DNA of 45,742 bases, from the NCBI GenBank assembly GCA_003566375.1, contig PXDN01000418.1:1-45742 (forward strand), written 5' to 3'. The DNA comes from Opitutia bacterium (GTDB taxonomy: Bacteria; Verrucomicrobiota; Verrucomicrobiia; Opitutales; T3Sed10-336). The notes under the pieces were generated by a model. It ran no database searches and was not told the origin of the DNA. It was given only the letters and a program-made list of their open reading frames with translations. Both the position numbers and the translations under genes were made by a program. This document shows positions 1 to 8,958 of the stretch, piece after piece. Numbering within the stretch: position 1 is the first letter of the stretch; every line of letters starts with the position of its first letter.

Positions 1-165
1 TCGGAATACGAAGACCGGGTGATCGCCAACACCAAGGTGCTCGGACCGGGTGAGGAGGAGGTTCTGACCTTCACCGCTCCCGAGGAAACCGGGGATTATC
101 CGTTTGTCTGCTCCTTCACCGCCCACACCCAGGCCGGGATGAGAGGGATTATGAAAGTTCAGTAA
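1..165 (+). CDS. 3' end of a cupredoxin (type-1 blue-copper, azurin-like) domain protein; the 5' part lies outside the window
   Basis: My translation of frame 1 gives ...EETGDYPFVCSFTAHTQAGMRGIMKVQ, then TAA at 163-165. The Cys-x4-His-x4-Met spacing is typical of blue-copper ligands. It is missing from the ORF track only because it has no in-window start. Confidence 0.6.
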   Translation, partial: SEYEDRVIANTKVLGPGEEEVLTFTAPEETGDYPFVCSFTAHTQAGMRGIMKVQ

Positions 166-188
166 GTCCCGCGCTTGCGCGACGCCCG

Positions 189-223
189 CCCGCTCTCCCT
201 TCAAGGGGAGCGGGCTTTTTTTT
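189..223 (+). terminator. Intrinsic terminator after the cupredoxin gene
   Basis: cccgctcTccc / ggggagcggg forms a 10-bp GC stem with one bulged T and a ttcaa loop. It is followed by c plus a T8 run at 216-223. Confidence 0.7.
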
Positions 224-299
224 GGGGGGGACCGGCCTGTCGAATCGAACGGGGCGCCCCTCCTTATTTCAGAGATCGGCGGCCACCGGAGCGCCGTGC

Positions 300-422
300 T
301 TAAGCCGGCGAATGCGGGTTGTAAGGAACAATCGCAGGCATATCCGGAATATGCCCGCGATACCCCATTTTACGAAACACCCGCACCGCGACCTTCTGAC
401 TGATTCCGGGGATTCCGGGCAT
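300..422 (-). pseudogene. HicA-like toxin remnant (40-codon ORF, apparently truncated)
   Basis: My translation is MPGIPGISQKVAVRVFRKMGYRGHIPDMPAIVPYNPHSPA*. The N-terminal 21 residues resemble the HicA/YcfA N-terminus (MPK.P..S.KE..K.L.K.GF), and RGH sits where GSH is expected. The rest is too short for a functional HicA. Its ATG overlaps the upstream stop as TGATG at 420-424. Confidence 0.35.
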
Positions 423-517
423 CAGACGGCAATTTCCACGGTTTCAGTACTCTTAACTCCAGCCTCTTCGGCCTCGACGGAAAGCCAATCGGCGATGGCT
501 TCCCGAATCGGGTTCAC
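422..517 (-). pseudogene. HicB/UPF0150-like antitoxin C-terminal fragment
   Basis: The tail of track ORF 422..736 reads (V)NPIREAIADWLSVEAEEAGVKSTETVEIAV*. It resembles the EA..NI.EAIE.WLE...E.G helix of HicB-type antitoxins. The upstream part of that ORF only shadows the exonuclease gene and is not HicB-like. The only candidate start is GTG at 517. Confidence 0.3.
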
Positions 518-527
518 CTCTGGAACC

Positions 528-1397
528 TTATTCCGGATACCGTTTGCGGGCCTCGGCGAGATGGGAGCGCATCTCCATTTTTTCCAGGAGGTCAAACAAT
601 CCCCCGCGGTCCAGCGGCTGTTTTTCCCACGCGGGCATTTCCACGGCGGTGTTGAGGGTGGTGAGCTGAAGATTGCGCGCGAGGGTCTCCCGGTTGTCCT
701 CCAACTTTTGCCGGAAGCGCTCCGGTTTGAGCACACCGGTGTGGTTGAGTATGCCGTTGAGGGAACCGAATTTTTTCAACCACCCGGCCGCCGTCTTCGG
801 CCCGACCCCGGCAATGCCGGGAATGTTGTCCACCGTGTCGCCGACCAAGGCCAAATACTCGGGAATCAACCGCGGCGGGACGCCGAATTTTTCCACCACC
901 GCCGCCTCGTCCATTTTGCGCCAGCCGAGACGGGGATTGGCGGTGGGGGGCGGCAGAAGCATGGAGACGCCGTCGGTCACGCATTGAGCCAGGTCTTTGT
1001 CGGCGCTGACGATAAAGGCTTCGTCTCCTTTGGCGGCAAAGGTTTTGGCGTAGGTGCCAATGACATCGTCGGCCTCCACCTCGGCCACCTCGGTAAGGGC
1101 CACGCCCAGCAGTCGGGTCAGGTCCTTGATAACCGGAATCTGTTTTTTCAACTCTTCCGGCATCTCGGTGCGCTGGGCCTTGTAATCGGGCAACAACTCC
1201 TGCTTGGTCGGATCATCCCCGAGATCGAAGACGGCGATCATTTCATCCGGTTGCTCATTGTCCCTCAGCTTCCACAAGGTGCGCAGCCAGCCGTGAACCG
1301 CGTTGGTCGGAAACCCGTCCGAACGCGCCAAACCGGGAATCGCGTAAAACGCCCGGAAAACCATGTTGTAACTGTCGATCAACAACCATTTCGCCAT
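528..1397 (-). CDS. 5'-3' exonuclease (Pol I N-terminal / FEN-like, stand-alone)
   Basis: Part of track ORF 528..1643. I place the start at the ATG of MAKWLLIDSYNMVFRAFYAI. The protein shows a PIN-like domain (VFD, ADDVIGT, SADKDL) and an H3TH motif (DNIPGIAGVGPKTAAGWL). Confidence 0.85.
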   Translation of the reverse strand: MAKWLLIDSYNMVFRAFYAIPGLARSDGFPTNAVHGWLRTLWKLRDNEQPDEMIAVFDLGDDPTKQELLPDYKAQRTEMPEELKKQIPVIKDLTRLLGVALTEVAEVEADDVIGTYAKTFAAKGDEAFIVSADKDLAQCVTDGVSMLLPPPTANPRLGWRKMDEAAVVEKFGVPPRLIPEYLALVGDTVDNIPGIAGVGPKTAAGWLKKFGSLNGILNHTGVLKPERFRQKLEDNRETLARNLQLTTLNTAVEMPAWEKQPLDRGGLFDLLEKMEMRSHLAEARKRYPE

Positions 1398-1470
1398 GGC
1401 AAACCAGCTAAACGGCCCCGCCCCGCAAATGAAAGGGAAAAGACGAAAGGGCACCGAATCGATGACGGGA

Positions 1471-3399
1471 TCAGTCGTGCCCCGCCCCGGGTTTGATCGA
1501 GAGCAACACCCGCAGGGAGCGGCGCCCGTCCTCCGATCCGCCGGTTTTGAACACCAACAGGCGGGCACCGCGATTGGGCGAGTCAAAATCATGCGGAGGC
1601 GGATCGGCGGAAACCACCTCGAATTCGGTTGTATCCGGTTCAATTATACGGGCGTGCAACTCCGCGCCCTGACTCCGCAAAACCGCCCGGTTGCCGCGCA
1701 ATTCAATTTCCGCCCGGGTCATCATGGCCCAACGCACGGATTGCTCCGGCCCGAACCCCGCCAAGTCGTCCTCGATTAAGACCCCGCCGCCGCCGGGGAG
1801 CGGGGCCGCCCGGCGAACCGCCCGCTCCACCGCGTTGGCGTAAACGGCGGTCATGTCCACCACGGTGAACGGGTTGGCCGGATCGGAGGAAAAGTCCAGA
1901 ATCGGGGCAAACCCGTTTACCAACTGGTTTTGCCCGTCGAAAACCAGGGTGTTGTGGCTGTGGGTATTCATGCGGAAAACCCGCCAGCGGTCGGAATCTT
2001 GAGCCCGATTCCAGATGCCCATGCCCCGGGATTCAAGCCGGTGGTAATTCTCCATGCCAAGGTCCGCCGCCCAACGAACCCCGTTCCAATCGAGCACGAA
2101 CGATCCGATGTCCATGTGACCGTGATTCACCGAGGGCGAGCCGCCTTTGATGGCAAAAAAGAGCCCGTCCTCCTCCCAGGAGGAACGGTGGACGGTTAAT
2201 GGATTGGGCCCGTCCGCCCTCCAGTGCAACGGCAATTCGCGCGGTGGCAAATCCGCCGTGCGGGGATCCAGCCAGAGCAGGGTCAGCGGGAAAAACCGGT
2301 TGCGAAAACCGCTCTCCGAAAAGAGCGCCGGATCGCGCGCCAATATCCTTTCCCGCTCCCGCGCGTCGAGCGCCGGGTTGGCCGCGCGGGCGGCAAACCA
2401 ATGCAGGGCCGGAAGCGGCTGAAGGCGGGCGTGGCCGTCGGCGTAGTTGAAAAACTCCCCGCTTGGACCCGCCATCAAGTTGATGTAAACCGAGCTCTCT
2501 TGGAAAGCCGGGTAATTGTCGAGATGCCAAGCCGTTCCCAGTGCCGATTCCAACACATTGATGAGAATCACCTGGAAATGGGTGCCGTAACTCCAGTAAG
2601 ACGGCCCCTCCGGATAGGCGCCATGGGGACGCCCGGCGTCGAGCGGCAGGTGGATGCGGTCAAACGTCTCACGCAAAAACGCCACCGCCAACTCCGGTTC
2701 GTGCTCCCCCACCGCCAGCGCCCCGGCCACCATGCCGGCGAAACAAACCTGGTTCCAGTTGTTGTCCCGGTTCTTCCAAGTGTGGCGGCCGGTCCCGGGC
2801 CGCAATCCTTTTTCCACAATCGCCTCCCGCAACACCGCGCGTTCCTCCTCGGCCAGAAAATCGTGCAGCCAGTCATAACCGAGCGCCACCGCCAAAGTCA
2901 TCTCCGCCGTATCCAAAAAATGGGAGGGGTTCCAATCGGAGAACGCCGCCGCGCGCAGCATTTCATCCCGCGCCCGTCCGGCATAACGGTCGTCACCGGT
3001 AATCCGATACAACGAAGCCAGGGTGAGCACGCGCCGCAGCACCTCGCGGGAGACATCCAGCAAACGGCGCCCGGTCACCACCCGCTCCTCCGGCGGCCGT
3101 TCGAGCAGGTCGGCCGCCGCCAGCTTGAGGGCTTCCACCGTGGCTTGGAGTTCCGGGCTTTCCGGCAGTGATTCGGCCAAGCGCTCCCAGTCCGCGCCGG
3201 TGGCCAGCAAACGGGGATGCTCCGGACGCAGCCGGGCCTCGAAATCGGCGCGGGAAAAATCGGTGGGAAAGCCCAACGCGGGTTCTTCGTCAGATTGAGC
3301 GCGGTTGGTCATGGGAAGAATGCAGAGGAAAAAAAGAGCGGCGGACAGAAAACCGGAAGCGCGCGCGCCCGGCGATACAATCATGGAACAACCCATCAT
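1471..3399 (-). CDS. Heparinase II/III-family polysaccharide lyase-like protein, secreted
   Basis: 642-aa ORF with an N-terminal hydrophobic signal-like segment. An alpha/alpha toroid-type N-domain is followed by NHGHMDIGSFVLDWNGVRWAADLG and HSHNTLVFDG, as in Hepar_II_III proteins. The start could be any of three nearby ATGs. Confidence 0.8.
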   Translation of the reverse strand: MMGCSMIVSPGARASGFLSAALFFLCILPMTNRAQSDEEPALGFPTDFSRADFEARLRPEHPRLLATGADWERLAESLPESPELQATVEALKLAAADLLERPPEERVVTGRRLLDVSREVLRRVLTLASLYRITGDDRYAGRARDEMLRAAAFSDWNPSHFLDTAEMTLAVALGYDWLHDFLAEEERAVLREAIVEKGLRPGTGRHTWKNRDNNWNQVCFAGMVAGALAVGEHEPELAVAFLRETFDRIHLPLDAGRPHGAYPEGPSYWSYGTHFQVILINVLESALGTAWHLDNYPAFQESSVYINLMAGPSGEFFNYADGHARLQPLPALHWFAARAANPALDARERERILARDPALFSESGFRNRFFPLTLLWLDPRTADLPPRELPLHWRADGPNPLTVHRSSWEEDGLFFAIKGGSPSVNHGHMDIGSFVLDWNGVRWAADLGMENYHRLESRGMGIWNRAQDSDRWRVFRMNTHSHNTLVFDGQNQLVNGFAPILDFSSDPANPFTVVDMTAVYANAVERAVRRAAPLPGGGGVLIEDDLAGFGPEQSVRWAMMTRAEIELRGNRAVLRSQGAELHARIIEPDTTEFEVVSADPPPHDFDSPNRGARLLVFKTGGSEDGRRSLRVLLSIKPGAGHD

Positions 3400-3463
3400 C
3401 CCTCCATGATGTAAATTTTATCCAGCCATGGCAACACCGGTGCCAATCGGCTTCCGACTTTGT

Positions 3464-4750
3464 TCACCGCCAGTGAAACGAACCGGAACGGGAGACGGGG
3501 CCGGAGGGGTTTCCGCCATGGAACAGTCCTTCGAAGCGACCGGAAAAATGGTCCTCATAGGTCAGGCGCAGCTCGTGGCGGTGGTCTGAATCACCGTCTT
3601 CCGCCGGAAACGTGATCAGCAAGCTGACGGTGTCCACCCCATCGGCTTGATAATCGAAGCCTCCGGCCAATTCCGGTTCGGGAATGCGCGCGGTGTTGTT
3701 TTGGCTGTCAAGATCGAGAACGATTTCCCGTCCGGTGTCGTCAAACTTCAGAATCAATTCCGCCGACGCGGCAAAGAATGCCTCACCCGGCCGGGGCGGC
3801 GGACGGTTCGCGGCAGAACGCCGTTGCCTTTGGAACGAAAGGTTCACTCCCCTTTTGTGCAGGGCAAACACGGTAAACAAAGTCGGCGCGTGGTTGTGGA
3901 TGTTCAGTTGATTGAGATTCACGTTGGCCGTTTCCAGCTTGGGGAGCGTGTTCAACACGGTGATGTCGGGCACTTGGTTGTTGAAAAGGTTGAGATACCT
4001 GAGTTCGGGCAATCCGACCAGCGGGCGGATGTCGGCAACCCGGTTGTCCCTGAGATGCAGCCATTCCAAATTGACCAGATTGCCCAAGGCGGAAACGTCG
4101 GCGATATACCGGTTGTTGCGCAGGTATAGGCTTCGCAAAAGCGTCAGCTTGGCGAGAGGCCCGAGGTCTTCCACGCGGGTATCGCGCAGGTTCAACTCGG
4201 TGAGTGAAGGCGCCCAGGCCAGTGGAGAAATATCGGTGACTCCCCGGTTGTTGCGGAGGTCGAGCCGGGCCAAGCTCCGTTTGTCGAGCAACGGGGAGAG
4301 GTCGCTGACCAGGTTGTCCCGCAAGCCGAGAACTTCCAAGCGGTCCATGTTGGCCAACACGGAAATATCCTCGACACGGTTTCCCCGCAGATCGAGGTGG
4401 CGGAGAGCCGTCAAACCGGCCAAGGGAGAGATGTCGGTGAGATGGTTGTCCCGCAAGCGGAGGTGTTCCAGATTCACGGCGTGCTCCAACCCTTCCAGCG
4501 AAGCGATGCGGCCGCGGGTGCCGTCGAAGGCGGTCAGGGTTTCCATTTGGGCCGCGGTGACCTCCTCTCCCTCCAGGCCGAGACTCCGCAGAATCCGTTC
4601 CTTCAGGTTTTCATCCTGGAAGACAACCCGTTCTTCTTCTCCGGCGGAGGCCAACGCCACCGGGCCATGCGCGGCCGCGATCATCCCCGTCAGAACGGCG
4701 GCGAGCAAAACAAAGAAGCGGCCCGGGGCATTCATAACGAGGAATTTCAC
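3464..4750 (-). CDS. Secreted leucine-rich repeat (internalin-like, 22-residue LRR) protein with a C-terminal domain of unknown function
   Basis: Signal peptide MKFLVMNAPGRFFVLLAAVLTGMIAAAHG. About 9 repeats follow the pattern L..L.LR.N.V.DISPLA.L. The ATG overlaps the recD2 stop as ATGA at 4747-4750. Confidence 0.8.
   Translation of the reverse strand: MKFLVMNAPGRFFVLLAAVLTGMIAAAHGPVALASAGEEERVVFQDENLKERILRSLGLEGEEVTAAQMETLTAFDGTRGRIASLEGLEHAVNLEHLRLRDNHLTDISPLAGLTALRHLDLRGNRVEDISVLANMDRLEVLGLRDNLVSDLSPLLDKRSLARLDLRNNRGVTDISPLAWAPSLTELNLRDTRVEDLGPLAKLTLLRSLYLRNNRYIADVSALGNLVNLEWLHLRDNRVADIRPLVGLPELRYLNLFNNQVPDITVLNTLPKLETANVNLNQLNIHNHAPTLFTVFALHKRGVNLSFQRQRRSAANRPPPRPGEAFFAASAELILKFDDTGREIVLDLDSQNNTARIPEPELAGGFDYQADGVDTVSLLITFPAEDGDSDHRHELRLTYEDHFSGRFEGLFHGGNPSGPVSRSGSFHWR
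3902..4537 (-). repeat. Coding tandem repeats (about 66-bp period) encoding the LRR units
   Basis: The 22-aa periodicity is visible in the translation: LEHLRLRDNHLTDISPLAGLTA / LRHLDLRGNRVEDISVLANMDR / LEVLGLRDNLVSDLSPLLDKRS, and so on. Confidence 0.6.
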
Positions 4751-6966
4751 CCGGCCGGGGCAAACCGTTCTTTCAGCAGGGTGTGGCGGGAGCGGGTGGA
4801 GACGTTTTTCACCGCCATGGCATAAGCATTCGGATCGCCGACCAGGATCACTTTCTTTTTGCCCCGCGTGATGGCGGTGTAGAGCAGGTTTCGCTGCAGC
4901 ATCATGTAGTGCTGTTTCAAGAGGGGAACAATCACCACCGGGTATTCACTCCCCTGCGACTTGTGAATGGTGATGGCGTGCGCAAGGCTCAGGTCGGCCA
5001 GCTCCGTCCGCTCAAAACGGTGGGCTTCGCCGTCGAACTCCGCGGTCAGGGCGCCGGAGCCCGGTTCCACATCCGTCACCGTGCCGAGGTCACCGTTGAA
5101 GAGGGTCTTTTCGTAGTTGTTGCGGGTTTGAATCACCTTGTCGCCGACGAAAAACGTTCCCGCCCCGGTGGTCAGGGAGGGGCGGTTTCCCCGCAGGGTT
5201 TGCTGGATCTGGTAATTCAGGTTGGCGACCCCGGCGATCCCTTTGTGCATCGGCCCGAGCACCTGGGTGTCACGGGAGGGATCGTATCCGAATTTCCGCT
5301 CCACCAACCCGCCGCAGAGGCGCAAAACCGCGTCCACGCACTCCTCCGGGGTCGGAGCGCGCAAAAACACCAAGTCCATCGAAGGGTCGAGTTCTTCCGG
5401 ATCGTCAAGGAGGGGGGGCGGGGCGGCCTTGCCCCCGTTGACGGCGTGGGCGGTTCGCACGATTCCGCTCTCCCCGTGCTGCCGGAAAACATCTCCCAGC
5501 CGCGTGACGGCGGCGAGGCCGCTGTCGATCAAATCCCGCAGCACGTTGCCGGCACCGACCGAAGGGAGTTGGTCGGTGTCGCCGACCAGCAGCAGATGGG
5601 CGCGCGGGGGAACCGCCTGCAACAAATTCGCGGCCAACCGGGTGTCGAGCATGCTGGCCTCGTCCACCACGATGTAGTCGGCGCGCAGGGGTGTTTCCCG
5701 GTTGGCCGAAAATCCCCCCAGGGCGGGATCGTACTTGAGCAACCGGTGAATGGTTTGGGCGAAATGCCCGGTGGCCTCGGCCATGCGCTGGGCCGCCCGC
5801 CCGGTCGGAGCGGCCAGGAGCACGCGGACTTTTTTGGCTTTGAGGATGCTGACCAGTGAGCGCAAAATGGTGGTTTTGCCGGTGCCGGGACCGCCGGTGA
5901 GGATGGCGCATTTATTGACCAGCGCCTGCCGCAGCGCCTCGGCCTGCCCGGAACCGAAGCTGAACCCTGCCCGCTCCTGCGCCCACTGGACGGCGGCAGG
6001 CACCTTGATGGGCGGCAGCGCGGAGGCGGCCCGCGCGATATCCAAAACAGCGGCGGCGACCTGCCGCTCGGCCCGGTCCAGGGCGGGTAGTTGCAAACAC
6101 GGCCCCGCTTCACCGCCGGGGTGGCGCACGAGGGTTCCCGCCCCGACCATGTCGGCCAACCGGGCGTCAAGCCGGTCGCGGGGCGCTTCCAGCATCTCCG
6201 CCGCCTCATCGCCGAGCGCCTGCTCCGGGTAGCAGGTGTGCCCCTCGGATTCGAGTTCGCGCAGGGCGAAGAGAATGCCCGCGTCGAGCCGCGGCGGGCT
6301 GTCGTTGGCATAGCCGAGATTGATGGCGATTTTATCGGCGGTTTTAAAGCCGATGCCGTCGATTTCGCCCGCCACCCGGTAGGGCTCGTTGCGCAGGATG
6401 ACCGGCGCCTCGTTTCCATATTGATTGACCAGCCGCAGGCATTGGCGCGGAGAGACCCCGTAGGTTTGCAGAAACATCATCACCTCGCGGACCGCCCGCT
6501 GGTCGTCCCAGGCTTTTTTGATGGCCACGGCGCGGGATTTGCCGATGCCGGGCACCTTGCGCAGGAGGGCCGATTCCTCGCTGATCACCCGCAGCGTGTC
6601 CTCGCCGAAATGATCCACGATTTTGTTGGCATACACTTTGCCGATACCCGGCACCAAGCCGCTGCCCAGGTATTTGCGGATGCCATGCACCGAGGAAGGC
6701 AGGCGGGAAGAGAAAGCGCGGACTTTGAACTGGCGGCCGTGGTGCGGGTGGCGGGTCCACTCCCCCTCCATGCGCAAGGTCTCGCCGCATTGCACCCCCG
6801 GCAAAGTGCCGACCACGGTGGCGGTTTCCCTGCGGGCGTCGTCGCGCACTTCGGCGATGCAGTAATGGTTTTCCTCGTTGAAAAAGAGGATGCGCTCCAC
6901 CACCCCGGTCAGGCTGTTGCCCGCGGAGTCCGCGATGGGTTTGTCGGTTGAAGAATCCGTGGCCAT
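4747..6966 (-). CDS. recD2: RecD2-type SF1 ATP-dependent DNA helicase
   Basis: 739 aa. The N-terminal OB/HhH region (VPGIGKVYANKIV, VPGIGKSRAVAI) is followed by Walker A (LTGGPGTGKTT), DEASM and the C-terminal motif TIHKSQGSEY. Confidence 0.9.
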   Translation of the reverse strand: MATDSSTDKPIADSAGNSLTGVVERILFFNEENHYCIAEVRDDARRETATVVGTLPGVQCGETLRMEGEWTRHPHHGRQFKVRAFSSRLPSSVHGIRKYLGSGLVPGIGKVYANKIVDHFGEDTLRVISEESALLRKVPGIGKSRAVAIKKAWDDQRAVREVMMFLQTYGVSPRQCLRLVNQYGNEAPVILRNEPYRVAGEIDGIGFKTADKIAINLGYANDSPPRLDAGILFALRELESEGHTCYPEQALGDEAAEMLEAPRDRLDARLADMVGAGTLVRHPGGEAGPCLQLPALDRAERQVAAAVLDIARAASALPPIKVPAAVQWAQERAGFSFGSGQAEALRQALVNKCAILTGGPGTGKTTILRSLVSILKAKKVRVLLAAPTGRAAQRMAEATGHFAQTIHRLLKYDPALGGFSANRETPLRADYIVVDEASMLDTRLAANLLQAVPPRAHLLLVGDTDQLPSVGAGNVLRDLIDSGLAAVTRLGDVFRQHGESGIVRTAHAVNGGKAAPPPLLDDPEELDPSMDLVFLRAPTPEECVDAVLRLCGGLVERKFGYDPSRDTQVLGPMHKGIAGVANLNYQIQQTLRGNRPSLTTGAGTFFVGDKVIQTRNNYEKTLFNGDLGTVTDVEPGSGALTAEFDGEAHRFERTELADLSLAHAITIHKSQGSEYPVVIVPLLKQHYMMLQRNLLYTAITRGKKKVILVGDPNAYAMAVKNVSTRSRHTLLKERFAPAG

Positions 6967-7150
6967 GAAGGATCAAATGGAGGAATTGAGAAGCACATCG
7001 CCCGGATGCGCAAGGCTTCGCAGCCCATGGGAACGACATCGGGAACGTCAGCGCGCAAATAATCGGCCCAACCTTGGCCGCGTGGTTGCGTCGCGGGCCG
7101 GATTGCCTTCTTTTTCTCCTTTCCCCGCGCGAGGGAGCGCGGCCGCCGCC

Positions 7151-8905
7151 ATGACCAAACCGAGCACCAATTCCATTATCCGCATCGCGGGTTACTTCAC
7201 GAGCCACCGCCGTCAATTCGGCCTCACCCTGGGGCTGGCCCTCGGCAGCACCGCGTTTATGCTGGTCGTCCCGCTGGTTATCCGCAACGTCATCGACGCC
7301 ATTATGGAGGACGCGGACACACTCCTGCTCTTGGGCGGAGTCGGCGTGGTGTTGGTTTGTTTCCTGGGCAGGGATTTGCTCAACATGGCCCGCATCCGCG
7401 TCAATAACGCCTTGGAACAAAAAGTGCTCATCGATTTGCGCAAAGACGTTCACGACAAACTGCTCGACATGCCGGTGAGTTATTATGAAAGCCGCCCCAG
7501 CGGCGAGGTGGCCTCCCGCGTGATCGAGGATGTGCAAAACGTGGAGCGGGTGATCCTCGACGGCACCGAGCAAGGCATGGTCGCGCTGGTGATGGCGCTC
7601 GGAGTCATGGGCATGCTGTTTTGGCTGCAACCCGTCCTCGCCCTGCTGGTGGTCTTGCCGCTGCCGCTGCTGGCGGTGCTGGGCGTCAACCACGCCCGGG
7701 CCACCCGCAAAAACTGGTCGCTGGTGCGCAAGGCGGCCGGCTCGCTGAACGCACTCCTGATGGAGCATTTGCAGGGCTACAAACTGATCAGCGCCTTCGC
7801 CCTTCACCAACGCGAACGGAGCCGTTTCATGGAGCGCGCCCGGGTCTTGAAAAACACCACCTTGAAAGCGATGTACCGCTGGTCGTACTACAGTCCCGGC
7901 ACCAGTTTTATATCGAGTCTCGGCACCGTGGCCATTCTCGGTTACGGCGGTTATTTGCTCATGACCGGGGAAATGACGACAGGCACGTTTGTCGGATTTT
8001 ACGCCTACTGCGCCATGTTGTACGAACCGATCACCCGCTTGAATTCGCTCAACCATTTGATCAGCGCCGGCAAAGCCTCCGGGGACCGGGTGGTGGAAAT
8101 TCTGGACTCCCCCAACGCCATCCCGGAACCGGAAGACCCCCTCCCTTTTCCCCGGCAATCCACCGAAGCGGTTTTCGAACGGGTTTCCTTTACTTACGGG
8201 GACCGGGACACGGTGGTGCGGGATTTTCAACTGACCATGCCGGCCGGAAAAACCACCGCGCTGGTCGGCCACACCGGCGCGGGAAAAAGCACCATTGCCA
8301 GCCTTCTTTTACGTTATCATGATGTCTGCTCCGGGACCCTTTCCATTGGCGGCACCGACATCCGAAAATTCCGCCTGAGCGATCTGCGGGGAAACATCGG
8401 TTTCGTGGCCCAGGAACCGTTTTTATTCGACGGCACGGTGGAGGAAAACCTGCTCTTGGCCCGCCCCGCCGCATCGGAGAAAGATCTGTGGGAAGCCTTG
8501 GAAGCCGCAAACGCGCGGGAATTCGTGAGCCGCCTTCCACAAAAACTGCAAACCCAAATCGGCGAACGGGGCGTGCGCCTCAGCGTGGGGGAAAAGCAAC
8601 GCCTGACCATCGCGCGGGTGATTTTGAAAAATCCGCCGTTTGTGGTGTTGGATGAAGCCACCGCCAGCGTGGACACCCTGACGGAATTCCACATTCAGAG
8701 CGCCCTCGACCGCCTGATGCAAAACCGCACCGTGCTGGTGATTGCGCACCGACTTTCCACCGTGAAACGGGCCGATTGGATCGTGGTTATGAAACAGGGG
8801 GAAATCATCGAAAGAGGCAGTCACGGCGAGCTATTGCAAAATGAGGGACACTACGCGCGGCTCTGGTCGATTCAAAGCGATTTTATTGCCGAATCAGTGG
8901 AATAA
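7151..8905 (+). CDS. ABC transporter, fused permease/ATPase (MsbA/exporter type)
   Basis: Track ORF 6878..8905 trimmed to the ATG of MTKPSTNSIIRIAGYF. It has six-TM-type N-terminal half, then GHTGAGKST, LSVGEKQRL and VLDEATASVD. Confidence 0.9.
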   Translation: MTKPSTNSIIRIAGYFTSHRRQFGLTLGLALGSTAFMLVVPLVIRNVIDAIMEDADTLLLLGGVGVVLVCFLGRDLLNMARIRVNNALEQKVLIDLRKDVHDKLLDMPVSYYESRPSGEVASRVIEDVQNVERVILDGTEQGMVALVMALGVMGMLFWLQPVLALLVVLPLPLLAVLGVNHARATRKNWSLVRKAAGSLNALLMEHLQGYKLISAFALHQRERSRFMERARVLKNTTLKAMYRWSYYSPGTSFISSLGTVAILGYGGYLLMTGEMTTGTFVGFYAYCAMLYEPITRLNSLNHLISAGKASGDRVVEILDSPNAIPEPEDPLPFPRQSTEAVFERVSFTYGDRDTVVRDFQLTMPAGKTTALVGHTGAGKSTIASLLLRYHDVCSGTLSIGGTDIRKFRLSDLRGNIGFVAQEPFLFDGTVEENLLLARPAASEKDLWEALEAANAREFVSRLPQKLQTQIGERGVRLSVGEKQRLTIARVILKNPPFVVLDEATASVDTLTEFHIQSALDRLMQNRTVLVIAHRLSTVKRADWIVVMKQGEIIERGSHGELLQNEGHYARLWSIQSDFIAESVE

Positions 8906-8910
8906 ACAAA

Positions 8911-8940
8911 AAAAGGCCCTTCCATGAGGAAGAGCCTTTG
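8911..8940. terminator. Hairpin between convergent genes (possible bidirectional terminator)
   Basis: aaaggcccttcc atga ggaagagccttt forms a 12-bp stem with one mismatch. An A-run lies 5' and T residues 3'. It sits between the ABC stop (8905) and the HTH gene stop (8959). Confidence 0.5.
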
Positions 8941-8958
8941 GTAAAAGAAAAAATCCGC

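Noticed and set aside
216-230. T8 G7 homopolymer tract as a possible phase-variation switch.
   Set aside because: It is the U-tail of the terminator hairpin at 189-223 and lies in non-coding DNA between convergent genes.
222-1496. 424-aa plus-strand ORF overlapping the 5'-3' exonuclease gene.
   Set aside because: It starts at a TTG inside the terminator T/G run. The translation is Arg/Gly/Pro-rich with no recognisable motifs. It is antisense to a gene with clear FEN/5'-3' exonuclease motifs, which is typical of a high-GC shadow ORF.
3902-4537. DNA-level tandem repeats as a possible mobile or hypervariable element.
   Set aside because: The periodicity is the 22-codon LRR unit of an intact ORF. 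The repeats are diverged at the nucleotide level, and no reverse transcriptase or template repeat (DGR) is present in the window.
6878-7150. Upstream extensions of several track ORFs: 6878 for the ABC transporter, 25080 for cobA/hemD, 35989 and 36933 for the ABC-2 pair, 38298 for ilvC, 33255 for dprA, 44857 for the SBP and 1643 for the exonuclease.
   Set aside because: The extensions are Arg/Pro-rich and non-homologous, and they often overlap the preceding gene. Internal ATG/GTG codons coincide with canonical family N-termini or with 4-nt stop/start overlaps.
6344-8272. 642-aa minus-strand ORF spanning the recD2 5' end, the divergent spacer and much of the ABC transporter gene.
   Set aside because: It is antisense to two well-supported genes and crosses their intergenic region. 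The composition is low in complexity and rich in Gly, Arg, His and Gln.
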